Numbered from the stretch's first letter, positions 7,818 through 17,186 are shown. The stretch is 24,000 nucleotides of DNA from Spirochaetia bacterium (GCA_045606105.1 JAZURI010000003.1:129647-153646); one strand, 5' to 3'. The notes: generated from the letters alone by a model not told the origin. Numbers and translations are program-made.

Positions 7818-9545
7818 ATGAGTAAAAGAGCCAGATTTTTCATAGTACTTCTGGTTGTAGGTATTGCTTCTGTTTTTCTCTATCCTACCTTCAAGTGGTA
7901 TTTCGGAACAAGTGAAGACAGCAAGGCAATTGCAACAGGCTCAAGAGAGCAGATCAGAACCTATTCACAGGCCAAGGCAGCAGAGGATTTGGAATATCTC
8001 GAATCCCTGGTAAAGCAGAACCCGGGCCAGACAATTCCTGAAAAGTACAATTTCCTCAGGGATATGGCTGCAGCAAACTACAAGCTGATCAAGAAAGATG
8101 CACCGTCATCCTGGTCGGTAGAAAGTGTTCTGAGCAGTTTCAAGAACAAGAAACACCTTTTTAACAGTATTGAAGGTTATTACAGAGACAATGTAATGGC
8201 ACTCAAGGAACAGAGCAAGAATATCCTCCAGCTGGGTCTCGACCTTTCCGGCGGTATGAATGTACTGCTTGAAGCTGACATGAACAGCCTCGGTGAAAAG
8301 CTGGGCAGAATTCCAAGTGCAGAGGACAAGAAGGGGGCCATTGACAGAGCCATCGAAATCCTCAATAACAGAATTGACAGATTCGGTATCACAGAGCCTC
8401 AGATCAGAAGACAGGGCGAAACAGGCATTACAATTGAAATTCCGGGTGCAGCCGATCCTGAAAGGGTAAATGCATTCCTCATGGGAAAAGGCAAGCTCAA
8501 TTTCCATATCGTTGATGATGATGCCACAATGGCACTCAGGGATTATATCGACAGGAATCCGGGAAAAGCTCTTGATGCAGAGGGTCAGCCTGTGGACAAG
8601 TCACTTCTTCCTGCAGGAACAGTATGCAGACGCTTTGTACAGAAGGACAGATACGGTATTGACTATACAGCAAACTATATAGCTATCAGGGAAGAGGTTG
8701 GACTTGACGGTTCACATATCGTTGATGCACAGGTTGGAAACGATCCTGTAACCGGCCGTCCTGTTATCAACTTCACACTTGACAAGGAAGGTTCTGATAT
8801 CTTCTTCAAGCTTACAGCTGCCAATGTAAACAAGACCCTTTCCATCGTTCTTGATGACAATGTAAAGGCCGGTGCCACAATTCAGGAAGCTATTTCCGGA
8901 GGACAGGTCAGAATGTCAGGACTTGACAAGCAGGAAGCACAGGATATCGCTCTCGTTCTCAGAACAGCAGCCCTTCCTGTAACACTTGAAATTTCCAACC
9001 AGCAGGCTGTAGGTGCTTCCCTCGGTGAAGACTCCATTCGTCAGGGTGTAAGAGCCATGCTCCTCGGACTTCTTCTTGTAATTATCTTCATGGCTATCTA
9101 TTATAAGGGTGCAGGTCTTATTGCAGACTGTATGTTGCTTCTCAACCTTTTCCTCATGGTAGGTATCCTTTCAGCATTCAACCTTACACTTACCCTTACA
9201 AGTATTGCAGGTCTTATCCTTAATATCGGTATGTCAGTGGATGCAAATGTCGTAATCTTCGAAAGAATCAAGGAAGAGTACAGACTCGGTAAGACAGCGG
9301 CAGCAGCAGTCAAGTCAGGTTTCAAGAAATCATTCTGGGCAATCATGGACTCAAACATTACAACCTTCATAGTTGCAATCTTCATGTCTCAGCTGGGAAC
9401 AGGTCCTATCCAGGGCTTCGCCTATACACTGGCTGTAGGTATCGTAACATCCATGTTCTCTGCAATCTTCGTTTCAAGATTGGTTTTTGACTTCTGCATT
9501 GATGTGGGCAAAATGAAAAAATTAAGCATCGGATGGGGGAAATAA
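7818..9545 (+). CDS. secD: protein translocase subunit SecD
   Basis: 575 aa with an N-terminal TM segment and a large periplasmic domain ('LGLDL.GG', 'NR.D.FG..EP.I..QG'). The C-terminal 6-TM block follows. Position is between yajC and secF. Confidence 0.92.
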   Translation: MSKRARFFIVLLVVGIASVFLYPTFKWYFGTSEDSKAIATGSREQIRTYSQAKAAEDLEYLESLVKQNPGQTIPEKYNFLRDMAAANYKLIKKDAPSSWSVESVLSSFKNKKHLFNSIEGYYRDNVMALKEQSKNILQLGLDLSGGMNVLLEADMNSLGEKLGRIPSAEDKKGAIDRAIEILNNRIDRFGITEPQIRRQGETGITIEIPGAADPERVNAFLMGKGKLNFHIVDDDATMALRDYIDRNPGKALDAEGQPVDKSLLPAGTVCRRFVQKDRYGIDYTANYIAIREEVGLDGSHIVDAQVGNDPVTGRPVINFTLDKEGSDIFFKLTAANVNKTLSIVLDDNVKAGATIQEAISGGQVRMSGLDKQEAQDIALVLRTAALPVTLEISNQQAVGASLGEDSIRQGVRAMLLGLLLVIIFMAIYYKGAGLIADCMLLLNLFLMVGILSAFNLTLTLTSIAGLILNIGMSVDANVVIFERIKEEYRLGKTAAAAVKSGFKKSFWAIMDSNITTFIVAIFMSQLGTGPIQGFAYTLAVGIVTSMFSAIFVSRLVFDFCIDVGKMKKLSIGWGK

Positions 9546-9548
9546 GAG

Positions 9549-10508
9549 ATGAAAAACAAGATTTACGAATTCATAAAACTCAGATATATTGCTCCTGTAA
9601 CTTCCGTTGTTATCATAGTTATCCTTTTTGCAATCACAGGCGTAAAGGGTGGTTTTAACCTGGGAATCGACTTCCTGTCAGGTCTCAACATGCGTGTTCA
9701 GATTGCTCCGTCTGCAGTAAAGACTGATATTTCAGATATGAGAAATGTTCTTTCAGCAGCAGGTGCCGCTCAGATTCAGGTAATCGGAGATGCGGCTGAT
9801 CAGGAATTCAGCATCAGGGTAAGAGAAACCGGAGAGCAGACCGGTGCTGCGGTATCCGGCAAGGTTACAGACCTTCTTGAGAAGAAATTCGGTGCTGCAA
9901 ACGTTACAGTAAAACAGTCAGAGTTTTCAGGTCCTAGATTTTCACAGGCTTTGAGTCTTCAGTCTGTTTCACTTATCTGTTTCTCACTGGCACTCATGCT
10001 TGTATACATCTGGATCAGATTCAGGCTTGCATATGGTATATCCTCAATCCTGGCCCTGACACACGATGCCCTGATTATGGTTGGTGTAATCGGTGCACTT
10101 CAGCTTGAAGTTGATGTAACAACAATTGCGGCCGTGCTTACAATTATCGGTTATTCCCTCAATGCTACAATCGTTATCTTTGACAGAGTAAAGGAGAATG
10201 TTATACTGCTCAAGGGAAATCCGCTCAAGCATATCCTTAACACAAGTATTTCACAGTCACTTTCAAGAGGTGTCATCACATCCCTGACCACATTGATTGC
10301 AGTACTTGCCATTTATCTGTTCGGTGTGGGAGTTATCAAAAACTTCGCATTCAACCTGATAATCGGTATCTGTGTGGGAACCTATTCCTCATTCTTCATC
10401 GCCCCTTCTATCCTCTATATCTGGATGGCTAAGGTTCAGAAGATCAAGTTCGAGGGAGATGCCGCTCCTGTACAGGCTCAGCCTGAGACAGCAGCAGAAA
10501 CAAAGTAA
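9549..10508 (+). CDS. secF: protein translocase subunit SecF
   Basis: 319 aa with 'GIDF.GG' near the N-terminus, 'HD..I..G' and 'IGYS.N..IV.FDR..E' motifs. It lies immediately after secD. Confidence 0.92.
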   Translation: MKNKIYEFIKLRYIAPVTSVVIIVILFAITGVKGGFNLGIDFLSGLNMRVQIAPSAVKTDISDMRNVLSAAGAAQIQVIGDAADQEFSIRVRETGEQTGAAVSGKVTDLLEKKFGAANVTVKQSEFSGPRFSQALSLQSVSLICFSLALMLVYIWIRFRLAYGISSILALTHDALIMVGVIGALQLEVDVTTIAAVLTIIGYSLNATIVIFDRVKENVILLKGNPLKHILNTSISQSLSRGVITSLTTLIAVLAIYLFGVGVIKNFAFNLIIGICVGTYSSFFIAPSILYIWMAKVQKIKFEGDAAPVQAQPETAAETK

Positions 10509-10531
10509 TCTGATAATTAAGGATTATCCGG

Positions 10532-10561
10532 TCCCGCGGTTCAAGCCGCGGGATTTTTTTT
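10532..10561 (+). terminator. rho-independent terminator after secF
   Basis: 8-bp GC-rich stem: tcccgcgg (10532-10539) pairs with ccgcggga (10546-10553). The loop is 6 nt and an 8-T run follows (10554-10561). Confidence 0.85.
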
Positions 10562-10601
10562 ACTTGACAAAAATGTTGCTATAAATATAATTATCACAAA
10601 C

Positions 10602-10675
10602 GGGCCTATAGCTCAGTTGGTTAGAGCCCTCGACTCATAATCGAGTGGTCCCTGGTTCAAGTCCATGTGGGCCCA
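10602..10675 (+). tRNA. tRNA with CAU anticodon, either elongator Met or more likely Ile2 (lysidine-modified)
   Basis: 74-nt cloverleaf. The acceptor stem pairs GGGCCTA with TGGGCCC. The D-arm is 'AGCTCAGTTGGTTAGAGC'. The anticodon loop is CT-CAT-AA with CAT at 10636-10638. The T-arm is 'GGTTCAAGTCC'. No CCA is encoded. C4-G69 and C5-G68 match known TilS determinants of tRNA-Ile2, so I lean towards Ile2. It has no initiator features. Confidence 0.9.
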
Positions 10676-10677
10676 GA

Positions 10678-10708
10678 AATCTCCTGTCTTGCAGGAGATT
10701 TTTTTTTT
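10678..10708 (+). terminator. rho-independent terminator after the tRNA
   Basis: 9-bp stem: aatctcctg (10678-10686) pairs with caggagatt (10692-10700). The loop is 5 nt and the T-run extends to 10708. Confidence 0.85.
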
Positions 10709-10730
10709 GCTCTTTTGCGGTGAGTTGCGT

Positions 10731-10741
10731 GGGGACAGAGG
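10731..10741 (+). repeat. GGGGACAGAGG motif copy (intergenic, upstream of RAYT)
   Basis: Exact 11-mer in the context TTGCGTGGGGACAGAGGATATTGC. Confidence 0.95.
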
Positions 10742-10762
10742 ATATTGCTTGGTGATTGCTTG

Positions 10763-10773
10763 GGGGACAGAGA
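10763..10773 (+). repeat. motif variant GGGGACAGAGA (intergenic, upstream of RAYT)
   Basis: Context is TTGCTTGGGGGACAGAGATATTTG. It equals the upstream copy with one G deleted. A 9-nt direct repeat ATTGCTTGG (10744-10752 and 10755-10763) links the two copies. Confidence 0.85.
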
Positions 10774-10826
10774 TATTTGAAGCAGAACTTCATTAATTTT
10801 GTTTAACATTGTTAAAGGAGAAAACA

Positions 10827-11300
10827 ATGGGAAGAAGAAACAGAATCACCGTTGATGGCGGAACCTACCATATTATTAACAAAATTAATGAAGAAAAGAT
10901 GCTTCTTGAATCGTCATTGATCAAGACTTTGTTCATGAAAATAATCAAAGAGGCAAAATTTCGTAAAAAATTTAGGTTTAGTCTCAAAAATATTACAATT
11001 ATGGACAATCATATTCATATGATTATAAAAATGGAACAAGGAGAAAGCTTATCCAGGTTGATGCAGTGGATTTTTTCTGTCTTTGCCCTTCGTTATAATC
11101 GAAGATTTAACAGAAAAGGTCATCTTTGGATTGATAGATTCAAAAGTAAGCTTATAGAAACTTTATCTGCATATAGGGCAATATTTGAATATATCTGTAA
11201 TAATCCGGTTAAGGCAGGTATTGTAAAAAGTGCTGAGGATTATATTTTTGGGTTCTGGCAATTGAGAGGCAACAGCGAATTTCAGGCACTTTTTACTTGA
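10827..11300 (+). CDS. rayT: REP-associated tyrosine transposase (RAYT; IS200/IS605-like Y1 HUH transposase family)
   Basis: 157 aa counted from the ATG at 10827, with RBS aaggag at 10815-10820. It has 'YHI' near the N-terminus, the HUH motif in 'DNHIHMII', 'YNRRFNRKGHLWIDRF' and the Tyr-bearing 'FEYICNNPVKAGIV'. The gene is much more AT-rich than its neighbours. Confidence 0.8.
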   Translation: MGRRNRITVDGGTYHIINKINEEKMLLESSLIKTLFMKIIKEAKFRKKFRFSLKNITIMDNHIHMIIKMEQGESLSRLMQWIFSVFALRYNRRFNRKGHLWIDRFKSKLIETLSAYRAIFEYICNNPVKAGIVKSAEDYIFGFWQLRGNSEFQALFT

Positions 11301-11331
11301 AAATCTGACATGGATTAATTAAATTAAAGTT

Positions 11332-12123
11332 ATGAACCGATTGGAGCTTCTTGATAAGGTTTATAATGAATATCATCGGGAGGAGTACATATATCCTGAT
11401 CCTCTGTCCCCGGTATTATCCTATAAAAACGCCGATGACAGGGAAGTTGCAGCTATTATTGCATCTTCTCTTGCTTTAGGACGGGTTGATCTTATCCTTA
11501 AAGCGGTAAATTCTGTGCTTTTACCACTCGGCTCTCATCCGGCTTCTGAACTTGATTCTCTCTCGGTGTCGGATTTGAGAGAAATTTATCATGATTTCGT
11601 TTATAGATTTTTTAAAACCGATGAAATAACCGGTTTTTTATATGCAATTAAGGTGATACGCGGGGACAGAGGAAGCCTCCAAGCCCTTTTTACCACAAAT
11701 TACACCCAAGGAAAGGGCATTACAAGCGGTATTACAGCTCTCAGCAATGAAATTGCCAGGATTTCAGAGGGTAAATCGGCTATGTTGCTCCCATCTCCTG
11801 AAAAAGGCAGTGCCTGTAAAAGGGTTAATCTTTTTCTTAGATGGATGGTCCGGCATGATAACATTGATCCGGGAGGATGGTCTGATATAAATACCTGTGA
11901 TTTGTTGGTTCCGGTTGATACCCATATGTATGATATTGCAAAACGTCTCAGGTTTACATCCAGAAAGACTGCAGATTTCAAAACAGCAGTTGAAATTACT
12001 GCCGGTTTTGCAGAAATTGTTCCTGAAGACCCTGTAAAATATGATTTTTCACTTACAAGATTGGGAATACATCCTGATCTTGATAAGGAAATATTTAAAA
12101 ATCTTGATTTTAAAGGAGAATAG
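11332..12123 (+). CDS. DUF2400/TIGR02757-family protein (uncharacterised; HhH-glycosylase-like fold by recollection)
   Basis: 263 aa. 'DP...Y....DRE.AA.IAS.LA.GRV', '[12 protein letters not shown]' and 'L..P.DTH' match my memory of the TIGR02757 family. I cannot confirm this without an HMM search. Confidence 0.6.
   Translation: MNRLELLDKVYNEYHREEYIYPDPLSPVLSYKNADDREVAAIIASSLALGRVDLILKAVNSVLLPLGSHPASELDSLSVSDLREIYHDFVYRFFKTDEITGFLYAIKVIRGDRGSLQALFTTNYTQGKGITSGITALSNEIARISEGKSAMLLPSPEKGSACKRVNLFLRWMVRHDNIDPGGWSDINTCDLLVPVDTHMYDIAKRLRFTSRKTADFKTAVEITAGFAEIVPEDPVKYDFSLTRLGIHPDLDKEIFKNLDFKGE
11401..11411 (-). repeat. GGGGACAGAGG motif copy, inverted (in DUF2400 CDS, read as P-L-S-P)
   Basis: Exact reverse complement CCTCTGTCCCC. 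It lies 101 nt past the RAYT stop. Codons are CCT CTG TCC CCg. Confidence 0.95.
11662..11672 (+). repeat. GGGGACAGAGG motif copy (in DUF2400 CDS, read as G-D-R-G)
   Basis: Exact 11-mer. Codons are GGG GAC AGA GGa. Confidence 0.95.
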
Positions 12124-12124
12124 C

Positions 12125-12280
12125 ATGAAGTATATCTGTAATCTTTGCGGCTATATTTACGATCCTGCAACAGGAGATCCTGACAGTGGAGTCAAAGCTG
12201 GAACAAAATGGGAAAATGTTCCTGCCGATTGGTGCTGTCCTGTTTGCGCAGCATCAAAAGACCAGTTCAGCCCGGCATAA
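12125..12280 (+). CDS. rubredoxin
   Basis: 51 aa from the internal Met '[14 protein letters not shown]...[14 protein letters not shown]'. It has two CxxC pairs and the conserved 'W..VP.DW.CP.C' motif. The ATG begins 1 nt after the upstream stop. Confidence 0.92.
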   Translation: MKYICNLCGYIYDPATGDPDSGVKAGTKWENVPADWCCPVCAASKDQFSPA

Positions 12281-12292
12281 GCTGCTTTAACC

Positions 12293-12327
12293 GGGGACAG
12301 AGGTTTATCTGATAAACCTCTGTCCCC
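12293..12327. repeat. perfect 35-bp palindrome built from two inverted motif copies (possible terminator or REPIN/DUS-pair-like element)
   Basis: GGGGACAGAGGTTTATC-T-GATAAACCTCTGTCCCC, giving 17-nt arms around one central base. It starts 13 nt after the rubredoxin stop. No T-run follows. Confidence 0.9.
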
Positions 12328-12352
12328 ATGCCTTTCTTTCCCCTTATCTTTG

Positions 12353-12381
12353 TTGACATTCCCATTCCTTTACTCTATTAT
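12353..12381 (+). promoter_or_regulatory. sigma70-type promoter for the gap-pgk-tpiA-secG cluster
   Basis: TTGACA (12353-12358), a 17-nt spacer, then TATTAT (12376-12381). RBS aggaga is at 12405-12410 and the gap ATG is at 12418. Confidence 0.55.
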
Positions 12382-12387
12382 ATATAA

Positions 12388-13425
<1,038 letters not shown>

Positions 13426-13444
13426 TAAAGCTAAGGGTAGGATA

Positions 13445-14626
13445 ATGGTACTCAATACAATCAGGGATGCAGATCTGACAGGTAAACGTGTTCTCATCCG
13501 TGTCGACTTCAATGTGCCTCTCAAGGATGGTATAGTCAAGGATGATACAAGAATCCGTGCGGCTGTTCCTACTATTGAATATATTCTTTCTCAGAAGGGA
13601 ACTTCTGTTGTGGTCATGAGTCATTTCGGTCGTCCTAAGGGACAGAAGAATCCGGAATTTTCCATGGCTCCTATCGGAAAGAGATTCCAGGAGATCATCG
13701 GGCGTCCCGTAAAGGTTGCTTCAGATGTCATCGGTGATGCCGTAGCAGCAGAGGCTTCTGCTCTCAGAGAGGGAGAAATCCTTCTTCTTGAAAATGTCCG
13801 CTTCTATCCTGAAGAGGAAAAGAACGGTACAGAATTTGCCAAGGCACTTGCATCTCTCGGAGATGTTTATGTGAACGATGCTTTCGGTACTGCCCACAGA
13901 GCCCATGCCTCCACAGAGGGTGTTGCCCATTTCCTCCCTGCATATGCCGGATTCCTCATCGAGAAAGAGGTAAAGTTCATGGCTCCTCTTCTTGAGAATC
14001 CGGCTCATCCTTTTGTCGCCATCATCGGCGGTGCAAAGGTTTCCTCCAAGATCGGAGTTCTTCAGTCGCTTCTCAGAACCTGCGATACAATGGTTATCGG
14101 CGGGGGTATGGCCTATACATTCCTCAAGGTACAGGGATACAGTGTAGGTAAGTCTCTCGTGGAAGCTGACTATATCGATACAGCAAAGGCTTTCCTTGAA
14201 GCTGCAGCTGCCAAGAATGTAAAGGTAATCCTCCCGGTTGACCATGTGGTTGCCGCTTCATTTGCAGAGGATGCCGCACCTGAGCTTATCAGCTCTCCTG
14301 ACATTCCTGAAGACAGGATGGGAATGGATGTGGGACCTGAAACCATTGCCCTTATCAAGGAGGCTCTGGCTTCAGCAGCAACTGTTGTATGGAACGGACC
14401 TCTCGGTGTATTCGAGTTTGACAGCTTCGCAAAGGGAACTCTTGAAATTGCCAGATCTGTTGCTGAATGCAGCGGCATTACTGTTGTAGGAGGGGGAGAT
14501 TCTGTAGCGGCTGTAAACAAGTTCGGCCTTGCAGACAGACTCAGCCATGTTTCTACCGGCGGCGGTGCTTCATTGGAATTCCTTCAGGGACTTCCGCTTC
14601 CGGGAATTGTTGCTTTGGAAAAATAG
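13445..14626 (+). CDS. pgk: phosphoglycerate kinase
   Basis: 393 aa with 'RVDFNVP', 'SHFGRPKG', 'GGAKVS.KI' and '[11 protein letters not shown]'. Confidence 0.97.
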   Translation: MVLNTIRDADLTGKRVLIRVDFNVPLKDGIVKDDTRIRAAVPTIEYILSQKGTSVVVMSHFGRPKGQKNPEFSMAPIGKRFQEIIGRPVKVASDVIGDAVAAEASALREGEILLLENVRFYPEEEKNGTEFAKALASLGDVYVNDAFGTAHRAHASTEGVAHFLPAYAGFLIEKEVKFMAPLLENPAHPFVAIIGGAKVSSKIGVLQSLLRTCDTMVIGGGMAYTFLKVQGYSVGKSLVEADYIDTAKAFLEAAAAKNVKVILPVDHVVAASFAEDAAPELISSPDIPEDRMGMDVGPETIALIKEALASAATVVWNGPLGVFEFDSFAKGTLEIARSVAECSGITVVGGGDSVAAVNKFGLADRLSHVSTGGGASLEFLQGLPLPGIVALEK

Positions 14627-14634
14627 GGGGATTT

Positions 14635-15390
14635 ATGTCCAGAATCAGATATATCGCAGGTAACTGGAAAATGAACAAGCTTTCAGGCGAAGCAGTTACA
14701 CTTGCAAAGGAAATAGCAGAAGGTGCAAAGGATCTCGGATGCAGAATCATGATCGCACCTCCTTTTACAGCTCTCTCTGAAGTGAGCAAGGTTGTCAGGG
14801 GAACAAATGTTCTTCTCGGTGCCCAGAATATGTCAAATGCCGTTTCAGGTGCATACACCGGAGAGGTTTCACCGGACATGCTTATCGATCTCGGTGTTTC
14901 CGTTGTTATTCTCGGTCATTCCGAAAGACGCACCCTTTACGGAGAAACAGATGCTTTCATCAATTCAAAGGTGAAGCTTGCCCTTGAAAAGGGTCTTGAT
15001 GTGATTCTCTGCGTAGGTGAGACTCTTGCTGAAAGAGAAGCAGGAAAAGCTGCGGAAATTGTATCTTTTCAGGTTGAAAACGGTTTGAAAGATATAAGTG
15101 TTGATTTTATTGAAAAAATTACGGTTGCCTATGAGCCTGTATGGGCTATCGGTACCGGAAAGACAGCAACTGCCGAAGATGCAGAGGCTGTTCATAAGGT
15201 TATCAGGGAAAAGCTTGCTGAAATGTACAGTTCAGAGGCTGCAGAAAAGGTACTTATCCAGTACGGCGGTTCCATGAAGCCTGAAAATGCTGCCGGTCTT
15301 CTTGCAATGCCTGACATTGACGGCGGACTTATCGGCGGTGCAGCCTTGAAAAGCGAAAGCTTTTTGGCTATACTGAAATGTGCTGAATAA
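14635..15390 (+). CDS. tpiA: triose-phosphate isomerase
   Basis: Start taken at 'MSRIRYIAGNWKMN' (ATG at 14635, G-rich RBS just upstream) rather than the ORF-track start at 14467. Motifs include 'GHSERR', 'AYEPVWAIGTG' and 'YGGS'. Confidence 0.95.
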   Translation: MSRIRYIAGNWKMNKLSGEAVTLAKEIAEGAKDLGCRIMIAPPFTALSEVSKVVRGTNVLLGAQNMSNAVSGAYTGEVSPDMLIDLGVSVVILGHSERRTLYGETDAFINSKVKLALEKGLDVILCVGETLAEREAGKAAEIVSFQVENGLKDISVDFIEKITVAYEPVWAIGTGKTATAEDAEAVHKVIREKLAEMYSSEAAEKVLIQYGGSMKPENAAGLLAMPDIDGGLIGGAALKSESFLAILKCAE

Positions 15391-15404
15391 TTAAAGAGGT
15401 AAAT

Positions 15405-15731
15405 ATGGGAATTTTAAGTATTATTTTGCTTGTTTTGTTTGTTATTGCATCACTTCTGCTTATTCTTCTTGTTCTTGTGCAGGATGATCAGGGTGACGGT
15501 ATCGGAGGGATCTTCGGAGGCGCAAGCTCAACTCCTTTCGGTTCAAAATCAGGAAATGTCCTCACAAAGTTTACATCTATTCTGGCGGCATTCTTCCTTA
15601 TCCTTTCTCTCGGTCTGGCATGGGTCAACAGAAGTACTGAACAGGACGACCTTCTCGGTTCTGTAAAAAGCGCTGAAGCAGCTGAAGCAGCTGAATGGTG
15701 GAATGAATCTGCCGAACAGGGAAATAAATAA
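15405..15731 (+). CDS. secG: preprotein translocase subunit SecG
   Basis: 108 aa with two TM segments flanking the Gly-rich 'GDGIGGIFGGASS' loop. It sits in the conserved position after tpiA. The acidic Ala/Glu tail contains a short 9-nt tandem repeat. Confidence 0.85.
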   Translation: MGILSIILLVLFVIASLLLILLVLVQDDQGDGIGGIFGGASSTPFGSKSGNVLTKFTSILAAFFLILSLGLAWVNRSTEQDDLLGSVKSAEAAEAAEWWNESAEQGNK

Positions 15732-15746
15732 TCCGGGGTTTCTGTC

Positions 15747-16763
15747 ATGAAAAAGTTTCTTCTTGCGGTTTTCCTTACATTAGTGTGCCTCGGTGACGGT
15801 TTTGCTCAGGAATCCCTTGATTCAAAGGTTGCCATAGTAAATCTCACCAAGCCTGAAATCATATCCAGAAAACAGCTGGATCAGACTGTCAAGCTTCTGC
15901 AGGCTACCGGAATCAACAAAAGCGAACAGGAAATTCTTGAAGTCATGATTGACGATGTTCTTCTTAAACAGGGAACAGAAAAAGAAGGAATTAATATTTC
16001 AGAGGCTGAGATTATTTCAGCTCTCAGAAAGGAAGTAGGAGCTTCAGGCCAGGCTGCAACCGATGACCAGCTCAAGCAGTTCGTTGAACAGCGGATGCAG
16101 GTAAGCTGGAACGTTTATGCCGACAGAAGCAAGACTACTCTGGGAATCCAGAGATATATCAGGAAGGTAAAGGGAAGCAAGCTTTCCAATATCCCTGCAC
16201 CGTCTCAGCCTGAAATCCAGCGTTTCTACGACAGCAACTCAAAGCAGTTCTTCGTTCCTAAGACAGTTACACTGGACCATATCTATGTGGACACCAGATC
16301 CCTTACTGCCGACGAAAAGGCAAAGGCACTGGAGCGTATAAATGAATACAGCACCAAGATAAAGAAGGATTCAAAGGAATTTGACAAATATGTTGAATTC
16401 TCCGATGATTCCGCTTCCAAGTACAACAACGGAAGATTCGGTACTCTCCGTATCGACGATGTCAACAGGAAGAAATTCATGGGCGAAGATTTCTTTACTG
16501 CAGTTTTTGCAATGAACAAGGGCGATATCAGCTCTGTCATCACATCCAATGTAGGATATCACATTGTAAGGGTTGCAGATGTTTCCGAACCAAGACTTCT
16601 CGGTATCCATGAAAAGATTTCCGAAAATCAGAAGCTTACCGTAAGCGATACAATCAAGCAGTATCTCACAGCCCAGAAGCAGGACATGATTTTCAAGGAA
16701 TGTGTAAAAGAGGTCACAGAAGATCTCAGAAAAAAAGCTGACATCAAATATTTTCTGAAATAA
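15747..16763 (+). CDS. secreted/lipoprotein parvulin-type peptidyl-prolyl isomerase (SurA/PrsA-like)
   Basis: Signal peptide 'MKKFLLAVFLTLVCLG'. The C-terminal PpiC-type domain has 'F..VF.M.KGDIS.V..S..GYHIVRV'. Confidence 0.75.
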   Translation: MKKFLLAVFLTLVCLGDGFAQESLDSKVAIVNLTKPEIISRKQLDQTVKLLQATGINKSEQEILEVMIDDVLLKQGTEKEGINISEAEIISALRKEVGASGQAATDDQLKQFVEQRMQVSWNVYADRSKTTLGIQRYIRKVKGSKLSNIPAPSQPEIQRFYDSNSKQFFVPKTVTLDHIYVDTRSLTADEKAKALERINEYSTKIKKDSKEFDKYVEFSDDSASKYNNGRFGTLRIDDVNRKKFMGEDFFTAVFAMNKGDISSVITSNVGYHIVRVADVSEPRLLGIHEKISENQKLTVSDTIKQYLTAQKQDMIFKECVKEVTEDLRKKADIKYFLK

Positions 16764-16766
16764 GCT

Positions 16767-17186
16767 ATGGGTGCAATGCATAAGGCAAGGGTTCTTGCAT
16801 TTCAGATAATTTTCAGCTGGGATTTTGAGAGGCGGGCTGTACCCGAAAATCTTTTTGACTCGGTAAGGAATCTTTCCAACGAGGAGTTTGATATTGCTTC
16901 CGAAACATATGTCAAGCTTACTGTCTGCGGTACTATTGAAAATATCGATAAAATAGACAGCATGATCAGGGAGCATCTCCGTAACTGGAAATTCGACCGT
17001 ATTGCCAAGGTAGATCTGGCTATTCTCCGTCTCAGCGTATACGGGCTTCTTTTCCAGAAAGATACGGATGGGAAGATTATTATCAATGAGGCCGTGAAGA
17101 TTGCCCAGGAATACGGAAATGATGATTCCTATAAATTTATAAACGGTCTTCTGGATTCTATTTACAAGAAAAATGATAAGACTTAA
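16767..17186 (+). CDS. nusB: transcription antitermination factor NusB
   Basis: 139 aa with 'AR..AFQ..F', 'W...R....D..ILR...YEL-like (LRLSVYGLLF)' and 'INE.V..A..YG......F.NG.LD'. Confidence 0.88.
   Translation: MGAMHKARVLAFQIIFSWDFERRAVPENLFDSVRNLSNEEFDIASETYVKLTVCGTIENIDKIDSMIREHLRNWKFDRIAKVDLAILRLSVYGLLFQKDTDGKIIINEAVKIAQEYGNDDSYKFINGLLDSIYKKNDKT

Noticed and set aside
10724-10780. Two motif-containing units spaced 32 nt apart upstream of the RAYT look superficially like a two-repeat mini CRISPR array.
   Set aside because: There are only two units and they are 16-22 nt long and imperfect. They are joined by a 9-nt direct repeat rather than a unique spacer. There is no leader and there are no cas genes. 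The same 11-mer is dispersed inside genes, which CRISPR repeats are not.
13638-13648. A 9/11 match to the motif (aGGGACAGAaG) in pgk.
   Set aside because: It encodes the universally conserved PGK 'GRPKGQ' segment. Protein constraint explains it, and it is not an exact copy.
14467-14634. The tpiA reading frame stays open for 56 codons upstream of its ATG and overlaps the 3' end of pgk. This recalls the Thermotoga PGK-TIM fusion made by frameshifting.
   Set aside because: tpiA has its own ATG (14635) with a G-rich RBS. The conserved TIM N-terminus 'IAGNWKMN' begins right there. The upstream peptide is Cys/Arg-rich nonsense. I see no slippery heptamer near the pgk stop. A 56-codon open stretch has roughly a 7% chance of occurring randomly.
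15661-15687. A 9-nt tandem repeat (gctgaagca x2 plus a partial unit) at the 3' end of secG, encoding AEAAEAAE.
   Set aside because: It is a short in-frame low-complexity tail in a non-conserved C-terminal extension. This is ordinary slippage-type microvariation with no further structure.
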